Source of the DNA: Candidatus Pampinifervens sinense
Lineage (GTDB): Bacteria; Aquificota; Aquificia; Aquificales; Aquificaceae
Reading direction: 5' to 3'
Assembly (NCBI GenBank): GCA_037927135.1
Contig: JAXSPP010000004.1
Span: forward strand, 99,710-163,709
DNA length: 64,000 bases
Shown here: positions 28,491 to 39,564 of the stretch, in pieces
Layout: every line of letters starts with the position of its first letter
Position numbering within the stretch: position 1 is the stretch's first letter
Notes under the pieces: generated by a model
The model's database searches: none
What the model saw: the letters and a program-made list of their open reading frames with translations, nothing else
Told to the model about the DNA's origin: nothing
Made by a program: the position numbers and the translations under genes

Positions 28491-29468
28491 AGGTAGATAT
28501 ACGCGGAAGGTGCTTCCTTTGCCCTCTGTGCTTTCTACCTCCACCTTTCCACCGTGGGATAAGGCTATGTGCTTCACGATAGAAAGGCCTAGGCCTGTGC
28601 CACCCCTCTCCCTGGACCTAGAAGGATCCACCCTATAGAACCTCTCAAATATGAAGGGTAGGTGTTCTTTGGGAATGCCTATGCCCGTATCTATTACCTC
28701 AACTACTGCCATACTATCCTTCTTGTAAGCTTTTACCTCTACCCTTCCACCCTCCCTGTTATACTTTATGGCGTTATCCACAAGGTTTTTAAAAAGCAGA
28801 AAAAGCTTATCCCAGTCTCCTTTTACCTTAAGGCCTTCCTCCACAGAGTTTTGCAAACTCACCTTTGCTTCCGAAGCCTGGGCTTCAAAGAGGTCAAAGA
28901 CCTCCTTTATAAGCTCCTTTAAATCTACTTCTTCCCTCTTTATCTTCTCCTCACCAGATTCTAGCTTTGTAAGTATTAGTAAGTCTTCTACCAACCTTCT
29001 CATATCCTCCACACGCTTTAAGGCCTTCTCTAAGAAGACCTTCTTCTCTTCTCTGTCTTCTTCCTCATAAAGCGTCTCCAAAAGGCTTTTTAAAACGGCG
29101 ATAGGTGTTTTAAGCTCGTGAGAGACATTAGCCACAAACTCCCTCCTAGACCTCTCATACCTTTTTAGGTCTGTAATATCTGTAAAACGCACCACTGCGA
29201 GATCACTGCCTATAAAAACATACAAAGAATACTCCCTTTCTTCATGGTCAAAGTTGCAAAGCTTATTCTTCCTTTCAGAGAGGGCCTCTGCCAAACAGCT
29301 TACCACTGTGAGATTGTTCACACACTCATAATAAGGTCTATTTTCAAAATCCTTCTTTACTAAACCCTTCTTTACAAGGAAATCGTTGCAAAAGGCCACC
29401 TTTCCTTCCCTATCTATGAGCATATAACCTTCATCCACCTGGCTTAAAAATTCCTTAAGAAGGCTCAT
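28482..29468 (-). CDS. Soluble PAS-domain histidine kinase, PhoR-like
   Basis: [40 protein letters not shown]; no TM. Confidence 0.9.
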   Translation of the reverse strand: MSLLKEFLSQVDEGYMLIDREGKVAFCNDFLVKKGLVKKDFENRPYYECVNNLTVVSCLAEALSERKNKLCNFDHEEREYSLYVFIGSDLAVVRFTDITDLKRYERSRREFVANVSHELKTPIAVLKSLLETLYEEEDREEKKVFLEKALKRVEDMRRLVEDLLILTKLESGEEKIKREEVDLKELIKEVFDLFEAQASEAKVSLQNSVEEGLKVKGDWDKLFLLFKNLVDNAIKYNREGGRVEVKAYKKDSMAVVEVIDTGIGIPKEHLPFIFERFYRVDPSRSRERGGTGLGLSIVKHIALSHGGKVEVESTEGKGSTFRVYLPLE

Positions 29469-30537
29469 GGGAGTATATGAGGTTTATTATCCTTTCAATC
29501 TTCTCCTCCACTTCCTGCTCTGTGCTTCCTACCAAATTTATATGCCCCATCTTCCTCCTTGGCCTTTTTTCCTTTCCATACCAATAGAGCTTAACCCCTT
29601 CTATGGATAATATGGCATTTAGGTCTATATCTTCAAGGGAGAGGCCTAGGATGTTCACCATACCAGAGGGAGCCTTTAGCTTTGTTGATCCAAGAGGCAG
29701 TCCGCATATGGCTCTGATAAGGTTTTCAAACTGTGAAGTATAACAGCCATCAAGGCTGTAATGGCCTGTGTTGTGAGGCCTTGGTGCAAACTCGTTTATA
29801 AGAACTTTTCCATCCCAAGTGTAGAAGAACTCAACGGCGATAAGGCCCACTAGGTTTAGGTCTTCCATAAGGGATAAAACTATATCTTCAGCTTCCTTTA
29901 TCTGGAAGCTTCTGGTGGAGTTGTGCAAGAGAATACCGTTTTCATGATGGTTTATCGTCAAAGGATAGAGGCGTGTGTTCCCCTTTGAATCCCTTACACC
30001 TATCAGGGAAAACTCAAAGTTAAAATCTACAAGCCTTTCTATCAAAAACCACTCTCCAGGCCCATGATTTTTTAAAACCCTTTCTATATCTTCCCTGTAG
30101 TATACCCTATACTGTCCCTTACCATCATAGCCTAGCTTTTCAGCCTTTATGACACATGGAAAACCAAAGCTTTGCACCTTTTCTTCTAGGTCTTCCCATT
30201 TTGCGATTACAAAATCCGGTATGGGATAGCCCGCCTTCTTGTAAAACTCCTTCTCCTTTATCCTACTCCTCTTTAGCTCAAGAACGTTCAGAGAAGGTGT
30301 GGTAAGGTCATAGACCTTTTCAAGGATGCTGTCTTCAATGTGTTCAAACTCGTAGGTTATCACGTGGCATGCCTTTATAAAGTCTTCTACCTTTTCTGGT
30401 GGGAACCATCTGTCCGCTATCCTGCTGGCTGGAGCCTCTGAATTTGGATCAAGCACAAAGAACTCAAAGCCTAGCTTTCTGCCCTCCAGTATGGTCATCC
30501 AGCCCAGCTGTCCACCACCAAGTATTCCCACGCGCAT
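29455..30537 (-). CDS. purK: N5-CAIR synthase
   Basis: GILGGGQLG, TYEFE, GYDGKGQ, NEFAPRPHNTGH, RKMGH. Confidence 0.96.
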   Translation of the reverse strand: MRVGILGGGQLGWMTILEGRKLGFEFFVLDPNSEAPASRIADRWFPPEKVEDFIKACHVITYEFEHIEDSILEKVYDLTTPSLNVLELKRSRIKEKEFYKKAGYPIPDFVIAKWEDLEEKVQSFGFPCVIKAEKLGYDGKGQYRVYYREDIERVLKNHGPGEWFLIERLVDFNFEFSLIGVRDSKGNTRLYPLTINHHENGILLHNSTRSFQIKEAEDIVLSLMEDLNLVGLIAVEFFYTWDGKVLINEFAPRPHNTGHYSLDGCYTSQFENLIRAICGLPLGSTKLKAPSGMVNILGLSLEDIDLNAILSIEGVKLYWYGKEKRPRRKMGHINLVGSTEQEVEEKIERIINLIYSHEPS

Positions 30538-30569
30538 GGATTAAAATTATAAGGCTGGGAGGAGAAGGG

Positions 30570-30851
30570 ATGATAAAAAAGACCTACGTGGGAGATGTGT
30601 GTGTTGTGAGCTTTTATGTAAAGAAGGATGGGGCTCAAAAGGTGGAGATTGTAGGGGAGTGGAACCAGTGGAAGCCTGAGGCTATGAAAAGAAAAAAGGA
30701 TGGTACCTTTTGGATAAGCAAAAGGCTAAAGAGGGGGAAAAGCTATAGGTTTAAATACCTCATTGATGGAGAGCTTTGGGAGAACGAGCTGGAGGCAGAC
30801 CAGCAGGTACCCAATCCCTTTGGCACAACGGATAGCCTTATAGTTATCTGA
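30570..30851 (+). CDS. Stand-alone isoamylase early-set / CBM48-like domain protein
   Basis: VEIVGEWNQW, YRFKYLIDG, NPFG. Confidence 0.85.
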   Translation: MIKKTYVGDVCVVSFYVKKDGAQKVEIVGEWNQWKPEAMKRKKDGTFWISKRLKRGKSYRFKYLIDGELWENELEADQQVPNPFGTTDSLIVI

Positions 30852-33800
30852 GTATATCCCTCTGCACTTCCTCCGCTGTGGGCACCCTTTCTATCCTCTT
30901 TACCTTGCTTGAGTAATACATAAGGGGTATGAGCACAAGGGTAAGGGTTGTGGATCCTATTGTTCCAAAGATAAGGGATATGGCAAGGCCGTTGAAGATA
31001 GGGTCAAAGAGGATTACAAAGGCACCCACAATAACGGCCACAGCTGTGAGCAGTATGGGTCTTGTCCTTATCACACCAGCTTCCACCACAGCCAGATGGG
31101 GTGGCACGCCATCTTTTATCCTCTCTTCTGCAAAGTCTACAAGGAGTATGGAGTTTCTCACTATTATGCCCGCAAGGGCTATAAAGCCTATCATGGATGT
31201 GGCCGTGAAGAAGGCACCAAGAAGGAGATGTCCTGGGATTATGCCCACCAGGGTAAGTGGTATGGGTGCCATTATTATGCCCGGTATCCTAAAGTCCTTA
31301 AACCATCCAAGGATCAGCACGTACATGACAAAGAGGGCCACCGCAAAGGCAAGGCCTAGGTCTCTGAAGACCTCAAGGGTTATGTGCATCTCTCCATCCC
31401 ACTTTACGTATATGCGGTCTTCTATCAAGGGCAAGGACATCCAAAGCTCTTTTACCTCTCCGTAGGGGTTGGGTATGTTCTTTATGTCCTTCCTTACATC
31501 AAGTATGCCGTAGAAGGGTGCCTCTTCCCTTCCAGCCACATCCCCTATCACATAGACCACCCTTCTTAAGTTCTTGCGGTATATGGTTGTTGGAACTGTA
31601 TCTTCCTTAACTTCCACAAGCTCAGAAAGGGGTACACTTTTCCCTTCCTTTGTAGGTATCTGTAGCATCTTTAGCACATCAAGGGTTCTGTACTTTTCAT
31701 CAAACCTTATCACTATAGGTGTATGCCTTGTATCTGTGTTTTGCATTATGCCAGCCTGATAGCCACCAAAAAGTGCCTGGAGTGTGTATACCACCTCTTG
31801 CTTTGAAAGTCCAGCCATTTTAGCCTTGTCTTCCTTTACCACAAGCCTCAAAAGGGGTGAAGGCTCTTCAAGGTATATGCCTTCGTCGGTTATGCTCTTG
31901 CTTTCTTTAAAGACCTTTAGCACTTCCCTTGCAAAGGCCTGCTGTGTCTTTAGGTCTGGACCGTATATCTCCGCCACTATGGGTGAGAGGACCGGTGGGC
32001 CAGGTGGCACTTCTACCACAGCCACATACTTGGCTCCATACTTTTGGGCTATCTGATGCACCGCTGGCCTTATCCTTTTGGCAAAGTCGTGAGACTGCTC
32101 CTTTCTTTCGTGTTTGTCTATCAGGTTTACCTGTATGTCTGCCAAGTTAGGGCTCTGCCTCAGATAATAGTGTCTTACAAGGCCGTTGAAGTTAAAGGGT
32201 GATGCTGTACCCACATAGATCTGATAGTCGGTAACTATGGACTGCCTTGATATGTAATCTCCTATGGCCTTTGCCACCTCAAGGGTCCTTTCAAGGGGTG
32301 TGCCCTCCGGCATATCTATCACTATCTGAAGCTCACTTTTGTTATCGTATGGAAGCATCTTGACAACTACAGCCTTTGTAAGCAAAAGGCCTACCGAAAG
32401 GCCCATAAGGGCAAGGGTAAAGCCGTAAAAGGCATACCTTTTAGGCTTGCTGATAAGGAGGGGCACCATTATGCGCGAATAGATCTTCCAGAAGGTTGTC
32501 TCCTTTATGTTTATCTCATGCTTTTGATGTTCCTTTTCAAAGTCCTTTTTCAAAAGTAGATAGCTTGCCCATGGGGTTATTATAAAGGCCACAAGAAGTG
32601 AAAAGAACATGGCCACAGAAGCGTTTATGGGTATGGGCCTCATGTAAGGACCCATAAGGCCGGAGACAAAGGCCATAGGCATGAGGGCTGCTATAACGGT
32701 AAAGGTGGCCAGGATGGTAGGGTTTCCAACTTCGTCTGTAGCTCTAACTATGGCCTCTCTTGGAGTCTTTGCCAGCTTTAGCTCAAACCATCGGTGTATG
32801 TTTTCTACCACTACAATGGCATCATCCACAAGGATACCTATGGCAAAGATGAGGGCAAAGAGGGTTACTCTGTTTAGTGTAAAGCCAAACATATGGCTCA
32901 GAAAGAGGGCTATGGCTAAGGTCACTGGCACGGCTATGCCTACCACTATGGCTTCCTTTACACCTAAGGCAACCGCTATGAGGAGTATGACGGAAAAGGT
33001 GGCTATAAAGAGGTGTTCTAAAAGCTCGTTGGACTTTTCCTTTGCCGTCTCTCCATAGTTCCTTGTGATTGTTATGTTAAGGTCCTTGGGAATGATTTTG
33101 CCCTTCAGATGTTCTACAAGTTGAAGTACCTCATTGGCCACATTTACCGCATTGGTCCCTACCCTCTTTGAGACCGCTATGGTGACCGCAGGGTATAGCT
33201 CTCCAGGCTTTACACCTTTAATGCCCTTCTCTTCGTGCTTTGGCCCAAAGCCCATAAGCACATAGTCTTTTATCTCAGAGGGCCCATCTATAACTGTGGC
33301 CACATCCTTTAGATACACAGGCCTTCCACCGAAGACACCCACCACGATGTTCTCCACATCTTCCTTTGACCTCAAAAACTCACCCGTCCTTACCACAAAC
33401 TCCTTCCCCCCTTGGACCGCTTTACCGCTCAGGGCCTGTGCGTTGGCGCTCTGAATCAGCTGTGCTATATAAAGTGGAGAGATTCTGTAGGCGCTAAGCC
33501 TGTGAGGGTCCAAGATTATACGTATCTCCCTTGGCCTTCCACCCACAATGAAGACATCTGCCACATTCTGCACCTTCTTTATCTCATTCTCAAGGGCTTC
33601 GGCCATGCGCCTGAGGTCATAGTAGTCATAGTTTTTGCCCCAGAGGGTGAGGGTAAGTATGGGCACATCGTCTATGGATTTGGGCTTTATAAGGGGTGGA
33701 AGCATTACACCGGGTGGAGCCAAATCTAAAGCGGACATCATCTTTGTGTTAAGGTCTACTAGGGCCTTTACTGGGTCTGTGCCCACATAGAAGCGGGCTG

Positions 33801-34086
33801 TGACTATGGCCATACCTTCCATACTGGCCGAGTATATGTACTCAATGTCCTTTAGCTCCCATAGTTTCTTCTCAAGTGGTGCCACCACCCTCCTTTCTAC
33901 CTCCTCTGGTGTGGCACCAGGGTAGGAGATCATTATGTCTATCATTGGAACTACTATCTGTGGCTCCTCTTCCTTTGGAGTGGCCACTATGGCAAAAAAA
34001 CCTAAGGCCAAAGATACAAGTATGAGTATGGGTGTGAGCTTAGAGTCTATAAAGTAATGGGCTAGCCTTCCAGCCAAGCCATACAT
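30844..34086 (-). CDS. RND efflux permease
   Basis: KEEEPQI, GILVDDAIVVVEN, GIIVRNSILLVD, RTRPILLT. Confidence 0.96.
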   Translation of the reverse strand: MYGLAGRLAHYFIDSKLTPILILVSLALGFFAIVATPKEEEPQIVVPMIDIMISYPGATPEEVERRVVAPLEKKLWELKDIEYIYSASMEGMAIVTARFYVGTDPVKALVDLNTKMMSALDLAPPGVMLPPLIKPKSIDDVPILTLTLWGKNYDYYDLRRMAEALENEIKKVQNVADVFIVGGRPREIRIILDPHRLSAYRISPLYIAQLIQSANAQALSGKAVQGGKEFVVRTGEFLRSKEDVENIVVGVFGGRPVYLKDVATVIDGPSEIKDYVLMGFGPKHEEKGIKGVKPGELYPAVTIAVSKRVGTNAVNVANEVLQLVEHLKGKIIPKDLNITITRNYGETAKEKSNELLEHLFIATFSVILLIAVALGVKEAIVVGIAVPVTLAIALFLSHMFGFTLNRVTLFALIFAIGILVDDAIVVVENIHRWFELKLAKTPREAIVRATDEVGNPTILATFTVIAALMPMAFVSGLMGPYMRPIPINASVAMFFSLLVAFIITPWASYLLLKKDFEKEHQKHEINIKETTFWKIYSRIMVPLLISKPKRYAFYGFTLALMGLSVGLLLTKAVVVKMLPYDNKSELQIVIDMPEGTPLERTLEVAKAIGDYISRQSIVTDYQIYVGTASPFNFNGLVRHYYLRQSPNLADIQVNLIDKHERKEQSHDFAKRIRPAVHQIAQKYGAKYVAVVEVPPGPPVLSPIVAEIYGPDLKTQQAFAREVLKVFKESKSITDEGIYLEEPSPLLRLVVKEDKAKMAGLSKQEVVYTLQALFGGYQAGIMQNTDTRHTPIVIRFDEKYRTLDVLKMLQIPTKEGKSVPLSELVEVKEDTVPTTIYRKNLRRVVYVIGDVAGREEAPFYGILDVRKDIKNIPNPYGEVKELWMSLPLIEDRIYVKWDGEMHITLEVFRDLGLAFAVALFVMYVLILGWFKDFRIPGIIMAPIPLTLVGIIPGHLLLGAFFTATSMIGFIALAGIIVRNSILLVDFAEERIKDGVPPHLAVVEAGVIRTRPILLTAVAVIVGAFVILFDPIFNGLAISLIFGTIGSTTLTLVLIPLMYYSSKVKRIERVPTAEEVQRDILR

Positions 34087-34089
34087 TCC

Positions 34090-35208
34090 TTAACCTCCTA
34101 CCTTACAGCCTTCACAAGCCCTTTCTATGCCCTTTATAACTATCCTTTCACCCTCTTTGAGGCCAGAAAGAACTTCCACCTTATCACCCCTCCTTTCCCC
34201 AAGCTTTACAAACCTAAGCTCTAATGTGTTATCTGGCCTTACAACCCATACTCCTGTAAAGTCAAACCTTTTGACTATGGCAGACTCTGGCACCAAAAGG
34301 GCTTCTACCCTCTCTGGTATGAGAAGGCTTCCATACATACCGCTTCTCAAGTCCTTATTTTGTTCAAGCTCAAGCTTTACTTTAAAGGTCCTTGTGGAAG
34401 GATCAAGGGCCAAAGACACCTCTTTCACTTTTGCCTTTAGCCTTTTGCCCAAGCTTGGCACATAAACCTCATACTCTTGGCCTACCTTTACCCTATTGAC
34501 AAACCTCTCTGGCAAAAACACCTCAAAGAGATAAGGTGGAGACTCTATCACAAGGAGAGGTTGTCCTGGCATTGCCATATCTCCCACATCCACCTGCCTT
34601 TGTGCCACATATCCATCTACAGGAGATACAAGGCTTGTATACTTTAGATTGCTTGCTACCGCTTGCCTTTGGTTCTGCAAGGCCCTTATGCCCGCTCTTG
34701 CTTGTTCCACCTGTGCCCTTGCCGACTCATACTGAGCCTTCACCTGGTCAAACTCCTGCTGTGTTATGGCACCTTCCTTCAAAAGCCTTGAGTACCTTTC
34801 AAAGGTCCGTTGAACAGCCTCATAGTTTGCCATGGCAGACCTCAGCGCCTGCTCAGCCTGGGCTATCTGCTCATTTATGGCCAAGATTTGAGCCTTTATA
34901 TCTTCCGCATCCACCTCCACAAGCCTTTGCCCCAGTCTTACCCTTTGCCCCTCTTCCACAAAGACACCCTTTACCCTACCCATCACCCTTGTGGTGATCT
35001 CTATCCTCTTGTCAGCTACCACCTGCCCAGAATAGGGTGAGCTTACTTCAGACACCTTTTCCACAGAACCTATCAGCAGGCCATCTACAGTAGCCTTTTC
35101 CTCCTTTATCTCTCCAGCCTTCTCCTTCTTTGCAAAAAAACCACTAAGCCATAGAACTATCAGAAGCATAAGAAAGGCAAAGGCCACATACTTTATCCAA
35201 CCTCTCAT
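34090..35208 (-). CDS. RND periplasmic adaptor (MFP)
   Basis: GRVKGVFVEEGQRV, SPVDG, DPSTRTF, VPESA, VLSGL. Confidence 0.95.
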   Translation of the reverse strand: MRGWIKYVAFAFLMLLIVLWLSGFFAKKEKAGEIKEEKATVDGLLIGSVEKVSEVSSPYSGQVVADKRIEITTRVMGRVKGVFVEEGQRVRLGQRLVEVDAEDIKAQILAINEQIAQAEQALRSAMANYEAVQRTFERYSRLLKEGAITQQEFDQVKAQYESARAQVEQARAGIRALQNQRQAVASNLKYTSLVSPVDGYVAQRQVDVGDMAMPGQPLLVIESPPYLFEVFLPERFVNRVKVGQEYEVYVPSLGKRLKAKVKEVSLALDPSTRTFKVKLELEQNKDLRSGMYGSLLIPERVEALLVPESAIVKRFDFTGVWVVRPDNTLELRFVKLGERRGDKVEVLSGLKEGERIVIKGIERACEGCKVGG

Positions 35209-36515
35209 CTTCTCACCTCCTCCATAGAGCCTGCGTTAAAAAGAAGGTCAGCATAAGCTTTATGGCAGGCATTTAAAGCCTGTATCCTTTCAAGCCTAGC
35301 CTTGTCAAGCTCCGTTTGTGCATCCAAAACATCCACCATTCTGGCAAGGCCGTTTTTATACCTTAGCTCAATTACCCTTAACACTTCCTTACTTGCTTTT
35401 ATCCTGTCTTCTGCGGACCTTAGCATATCCAAAGCATTTTTGTATTCCACATAGGCCTTTTCCATATCAAGCAAGGCCATACTCCTCATTAGCCTTATCC
35501 TCTCTTCTAGCCCTTGCTTCTTTTCAAGGTTTGCCTGAGCCTTTCTAAGCGTTGTCAAGCCTGTATCAAAGGTCCAAGAGAAACCTAAACCCACCATGTA
35601 GCCCTTTCCGTCCGATCCAAAGGGGTGGTCCTTTGAGTTAAGGAAGTATTGGCCAAAGGCGTAAACCTGTGGAAGGTTATCGGAGAGGGTAAACCTGTAG
35701 GCCTCTTGTAAGGCCTTCATCCTCTCTTCCATAGCCCTAATGTCTTTCCTTTGGACAGCCTTCTCTCTTAGCCCCTCCATGCTAACATTCGGACAGACCT
35801 TTAAGCCTTCCACCTCAAAGTCTCCAAGCTCAAGTCCTATTGCAACCTCAAGGGCCCTCTTTGCTATCTTGTAGTTCCTTTCTGCCTTTTCTAAGTTCTC
35901 CTGAGCCTTTGAAAGATAGACCTTAGCCCTTAGCACATCGGACAAAAGCCCCATACCCACCTTATACATCTCTTCCGCAAGCCTCAAATGCTCCTTTGCA
36001 TCCTCCACAGCCTGCTTTGATACCCCTATAGCCTCCTTTGCCAGTGAAGCATCCACATAAGCATGATAGACCTGCCTTATTACCTCCTCCTCTTTTCTTT
36101 CTGCCTCAAGGCTTACCGCCTTGTATTCATACTCGGCCATCCTTTTGGCAGATTGGATTTTCCCACCTAGCCATATTGGCACTTCCAAGCTTATCTTTGT
36201 TTCAAAGTTGTTTATGGCCGATGGATTATTCAGCTTTGCTGGATCAAAGTCTTGTATAGTGATTTTCTCCTGGTTTAACTTGCTCATAAAGGCATAGGCG
36301 GGCACATCCGTCCTTGTGTAGATCTCCTCAAGCTTTATCCTTGGAAATAGGGCACCCTTAGCAGCCTTTAGCTCAAGCTCTTGGGCCTTCACATCCCTCT
36401 GGGAGGCCTTTATGGCCAAGCTGTTTTTAAGAGCAAGATCTATGGCCTCTTGGAGTGAAAGCTCCTTAGCGAAGGATAACCCTATCCATAAAAGTAGTAC
36501 TAGACTTGCCAGCAT
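35205..36515 (-). CDS. TolC-family outer-membrane protein
   Basis: Signal peptide, LSLQEAIDLALKN, two OEP repeats, YKNGLARMVDVLDAQ. Confidence 0.93.
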   Translation of the reverse strand: MLASLVLLLWIGLSFAKELSLQEAIDLALKNSLAIKASQRDVKAQELELKAAKGALFPRIKLEEIYTRTDVPAYAFMSKLNQEKITIQDFDPAKLNNPSAINNFETKISLEVPIWLGGKIQSAKRMAEYEYKAVSLEAERKEEEVIRQVYHAYVDASLAKEAIGVSKQAVEDAKEHLRLAEEMYKVGMGLLSDVLRAKVYLSKAQENLEKAERNYKIAKRALEVAIGLELGDFEVEGLKVCPNVSMEGLREKAVQRKDIRAMEERMKALQEAYRFTLSDNLPQVYAFGQYFLNSKDHPFGSDGKGYMVGLGFSWTFDTGLTTLRKAQANLEKKQGLEERIRLMRSMALLDMEKAYVEYKNALDMLRSAEDRIKASKEVLRVIELRYKNGLARMVDVLDAQTELDKARLERIQALNACHKAYADLLFNAGSMEEVRR

Positions 36516-36529
36516 GTTTTACCCCTTCC

Positions 36530-36561
36530 TTAAGAATATAATTATATTCTAATATCCTTAA
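36530..36561 (-). promoter_or_regulatory. Operator/promoter of the TolC-MFP-RND operon with perfect palindrome AGAATATAATTATATTCT (36533-36550)
   Basis: 18-bp perfect inverted repeat just upstream of the RBS; homologous to 11323-11354. Confidence 0.65.
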
Positions 36562-36565
36562 CAAA

Positions 36566-37159
36566 TCAAGCCTCAAAGATCCTTTCAATAGCCTTAATGA
36601 CATAAAACCTTACCTTTGTGGCGTTTGCATCATCCAAATCCATCTCGCAAGAAAGCCTTATTACCCTTTTGTCCTCCATTATACCAACAAGGCGAAGAAA
36701 GCCAGAAACACCAGAAAGCTCCTCCCTACCAGCTATCTTAAACTCCAAGCTTTTACCCAGCATCATGGCCAAAATAGATTCCTCTGTAGTTATAAAGGAT
36801 ATGCCTACCTCAGATATATCCACAGGTTCAAAGGCTCTATAAACACCGTCCAACTTTATAAGGATGGTAAAACCAAAATCCTTTTGGACTGGCACCCTTG
36901 GCTTGCTCCTGTCTCCCCATCCACCCTCTCCGGCGTATTGTATATGAACTATCAGATTTTCGCCTTTACCCACAACCCTACCCGGCAGAAGCATGGTCAT
37001 ATAGCCTATCTTGACAGCATCACCAAGAAGCAGGAACTTTTGCGAAAGCGGAGTAGGGCTCAAAAATAACTTTCCATCTTCATACCTTATCTTCTCAAGC
37101 TTCGTATGGAAAAGTACATCCTCTTCAAGCTTTTTATAAACATCTACCAGATTAGCCAT
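36566..37159 (-). CDS. PilZ-domain protein
   Basis: RSKPR (RxxxR) followed by DISEVG (DxSxxG). Confidence 0.7.
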   Translation of the reverse strand: MANLVDVYKKLEEDVLFHTKLEKIRYEDGKLFLSPTPLSQKFLLLGDAVKIGYMTMLLPGRVVGKGENLIVHIQYAGEGGWGDRSKPRVPVQKDFGFTILIKLDGVYRAFEPVDISEVGISFITTEESILAMMLGKSLEFKIAGREELSGVSGFLRLVGIMEDKRVIRLSCEMDLDDANATKVRFYVIKAIERIFEA

Positions 37160-38456
37160 TGAAAAAGCCCTCCACCAACTCTTCCATTCTCATCCCCCTT
37201 GAACCTTTAAAAAGTATAACAGCTTTTCTAAGGTCCTTTCTCAGAAGAAACTCCAAAAGCTCCCTTTTATCCCCAAAATGAAGACAGCTTCCACCCCTCT
37301 TAAGGCATCCCTCGTAGGCATACCTCATGTGATCCCCATAGAAAAGGCAAAGGTCTATTCCTAGCTCTACACAAAGCTCCCCTATTTCCCTGTGGTAGTC
37401 CATTGAAGCCTCCCCAAGCTCCAACATATCTCCCAAAACGGCCACCTTATATCCATCAAAGAGGCTAAGGCTCCTCAAGGCCATTCTTACAGAGAGTGGG
37501 TTGGCATTATAAGTGTCGTCAATGAGGATAAGATCGCCTTTCTTCAAAACCCTAAACCTACCTTCCACCGGATGAAAATCTGTAAGGCTATCGGAGAGAT
37601 CTCTCCAGTCAATGCCAAGGGCTTCAAGTATGCGAAAGGCACAAAGGGCATTCTCTACTACAGCAAGGCTTGGAATGGGTATAAAGACCTCTTTACCACC
37701 CACCTTAAAGCTTACACCTTCAGCAAGGATCCTTATCTCTCTGGCAGAAAACTCACCACCAAAGGTAAGCTTCCTAGGAATAGGGTAGCAGTGGGCTACC
37801 TTTTCAGGACACACTCCCCAATCCTCTTCCCCCATCCCATAAAACACCTCCCCGTTTCCCAAGATCACATCATCAAGACAGCCAAAGGTTTCTAAATGCT
37901 CTTCACCTATGGCGGTTATAGCCCTCACATGTGGCCTTACTATCTCCACAAGCTTCCTTACATCACCTCTTTGGCTTGCACCAAGCTCCACAACCCAAAA
38001 GGCGCAATCCTCCTCAAAGTTTGCTACAGATAAAGGCACACCTATCTGTGAGTTGTAGTTCTTTGGAGTTTTGCATACCTTCCCTACCTTAGAGAGCAAA
38101 AAGGCGGTCATCTCTTTAGTGGTGGTTTTGCCGGCAGATCCAGCTATGGCCACCACCTTACCTTTAAAGCTTTCTCTCCTCCATAGGGCAATCCTCCTCA
38201 AAGCCAAAAGGCAGTCTTCTACCACTATCTGAGGCACATCCGCTGGAAGGTCAAGAGGCCTTTCGCAAAGGACGGCCACAGCCCCCCTATCTACAGCCTC
38301 CTTTGCAAAATCATGACCATCGTGCACCTTCCCCCTTAAGGCCACAAATATCTCCCCCCCTTTCACAGTCCTGCTATCTATTGAAAAGCCACAAAATTGT
38401 CTCTCTTGTCCTATATGCCTTGCTTTAAGAAGGTTTGCAAGATCCTTTGTGTTCAT
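37152..38456 (-). CDS. murF: UDP-MurNAc-tripeptide:D-Ala-D-Ala ligase
   Basis: [40 protein letters not shown]. Confidence 0.96.
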   Translation of the reverse strand: MNTKDLANLLKARHIGQERQFCGFSIDSRTVKGGEIFVALRGKVHDGHDFAKEAVDRGAVAVLCERPLDLPADVPQIVVEDCLLALRRIALWRRESFKGKVVAIAGSAGKTTTKEMTAFLLSKVGKVCKTPKNYNSQIGVPLSVANFEEDCAFWVVELGASQRGDVRKLVEIVRPHVRAITAIGEEHLETFGCLDDVILGNGEVFYGMGEEDWGVCPEKVAHCYPIPRKLTFGGEFSAREIRILAEGVSFKVGGKEVFIPIPSLAVVENALCAFRILEALGIDWRDLSDSLTDFHPVEGRFRVLKKGDLILIDDTYNANPLSVRMALRSLSLFDGYKVAVLGDMLELGEASMDYHREIGELCVELGIDLCLFYGDHMRYAYEGCLKRGGSCLHFGDKRELLEFLLRKDLRKAVILFKGSRGMRMEELVEGFFNG

Positions 38457-39559
38457 GAGAATAAATTATAGGATCCGTTGATAAACTTACCTTTTGTAAA
38501 GGTAAATATTTTAGTAATGGCCTCTTGGTATGTGGATATACTTGAAGGATACTCAAGCTTTATAAAATCCACGTCTACGTTAATATCCTTCATAGCCTTT
38601 ATAACTCCAAGGATCTTCTCTTCTGGTGGTATGTACGGTGCTATAACGGCAAACTCATCACCACCTATCCTGAACACCACAGGGCTTGTTATATCTATCA
38701 CATCTTCCTTCATAAGCTTCAAGATCATATCCTTTATATCGTAAGAGGTATAGCACTGGGCACCTATCGTTCTTACAAGATGTTTTAAGATCTCATTCCC
38801 CACTTCCCATCCCCTTTCAAGGTTGATCTGAGTGAGGTTCCTTATGTCAAAAACGGTCAAACAAAAACTTTCCCTCTGATCCATAAAGGCTTTAAGCGTA
38901 GGAAGGAAGAGATCACCCTTTATGGCTCCAGTTGCATCTATATACTGAAAGCTCCACCTTATCTTCTCTATTTCTTGGTTTACGCGTGGATGGTTTATCT
39001 CTACATGCTTCAAATCCCTCAAGGCCCTAACGGCGTAATTTACTATATCAGGGTCAAACTGTATACCAGCCAACTCCTCAAGCTCCTCAAGAGCCTCATC
39101 CCAGCTTTTTGCCTTTTTATATATCCTCCTTGCAGTCATGGCCTCAAAGGCATCCGCAACGGTGTATATCCTTGCAAGGAAAGGTATTTCCTCCCCTTTT
39201 AAGCCGAAAGGATAGCCACTTCCATCGTACTTTTCTTGATGGTATAGTAAGACCTCTAAAGCTTCAGAGGGCAAATCAAGGCTTTTGACCATATCATAGC
39301 CTAGCTGTACATGCAGCTTCATGATTTCAAACTCCTCTTTTGTAAGCTTTCCCGGCTTTAGAAGTATGATATCGGGTATGGCTATTTTACCAACATCGTG
39401 CAATATACTGCCAATACGCAAAAGCTCAAGCTCCCTTTCATACAATCCAAGGCCTTTACCTATGCTTAAAGCGTAAAATATTCCCCTCTCCGTATGTCCT
39501 CTTGTATACACATCCCTATACTCAAGTATGGTAAGAAGAAACTCAAGCTTTCTAAACAC
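38453..39559 (-). CDS. HD-GYP domain plus C-terminal divergent GGDEF domain
   Basis: [40 protein letters not shown]. Confidence 0.88.
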   Translation of the reverse strand: MFRKLEFLLTILEYRDVYTRGHTERGIFYALSIGKGLGLYERELELLRIGSILHDVGKIAIPDIILLKPGKLTKEEFEIMKLHVQLGYDMVKSLDLPSEALEVLLYHQEKYDGSGYPFGLKGEEIPFLARIYTVADAFEAMTARRIYKKAKSWDEALEELEELAGIQFDPDIVNYAVRALRDLKHVEINHPRVNQEIEKIRWSFQYIDATGAIKGDLFLPTLKAFMDQRESFCLTVFDIRNLTQINLERGWEVGNEILKHLVRTIGAQCYTSYDIKDMILKLMKEDVIDITSPVVFRIGGDEFAVIAPYIPPEEKILGVIKAMKDINVDVDFIKLEYPSSISTYQEAITKIFTFTKGKFINGSYNLFS

Positions 39560-39564
39560 AGCCC

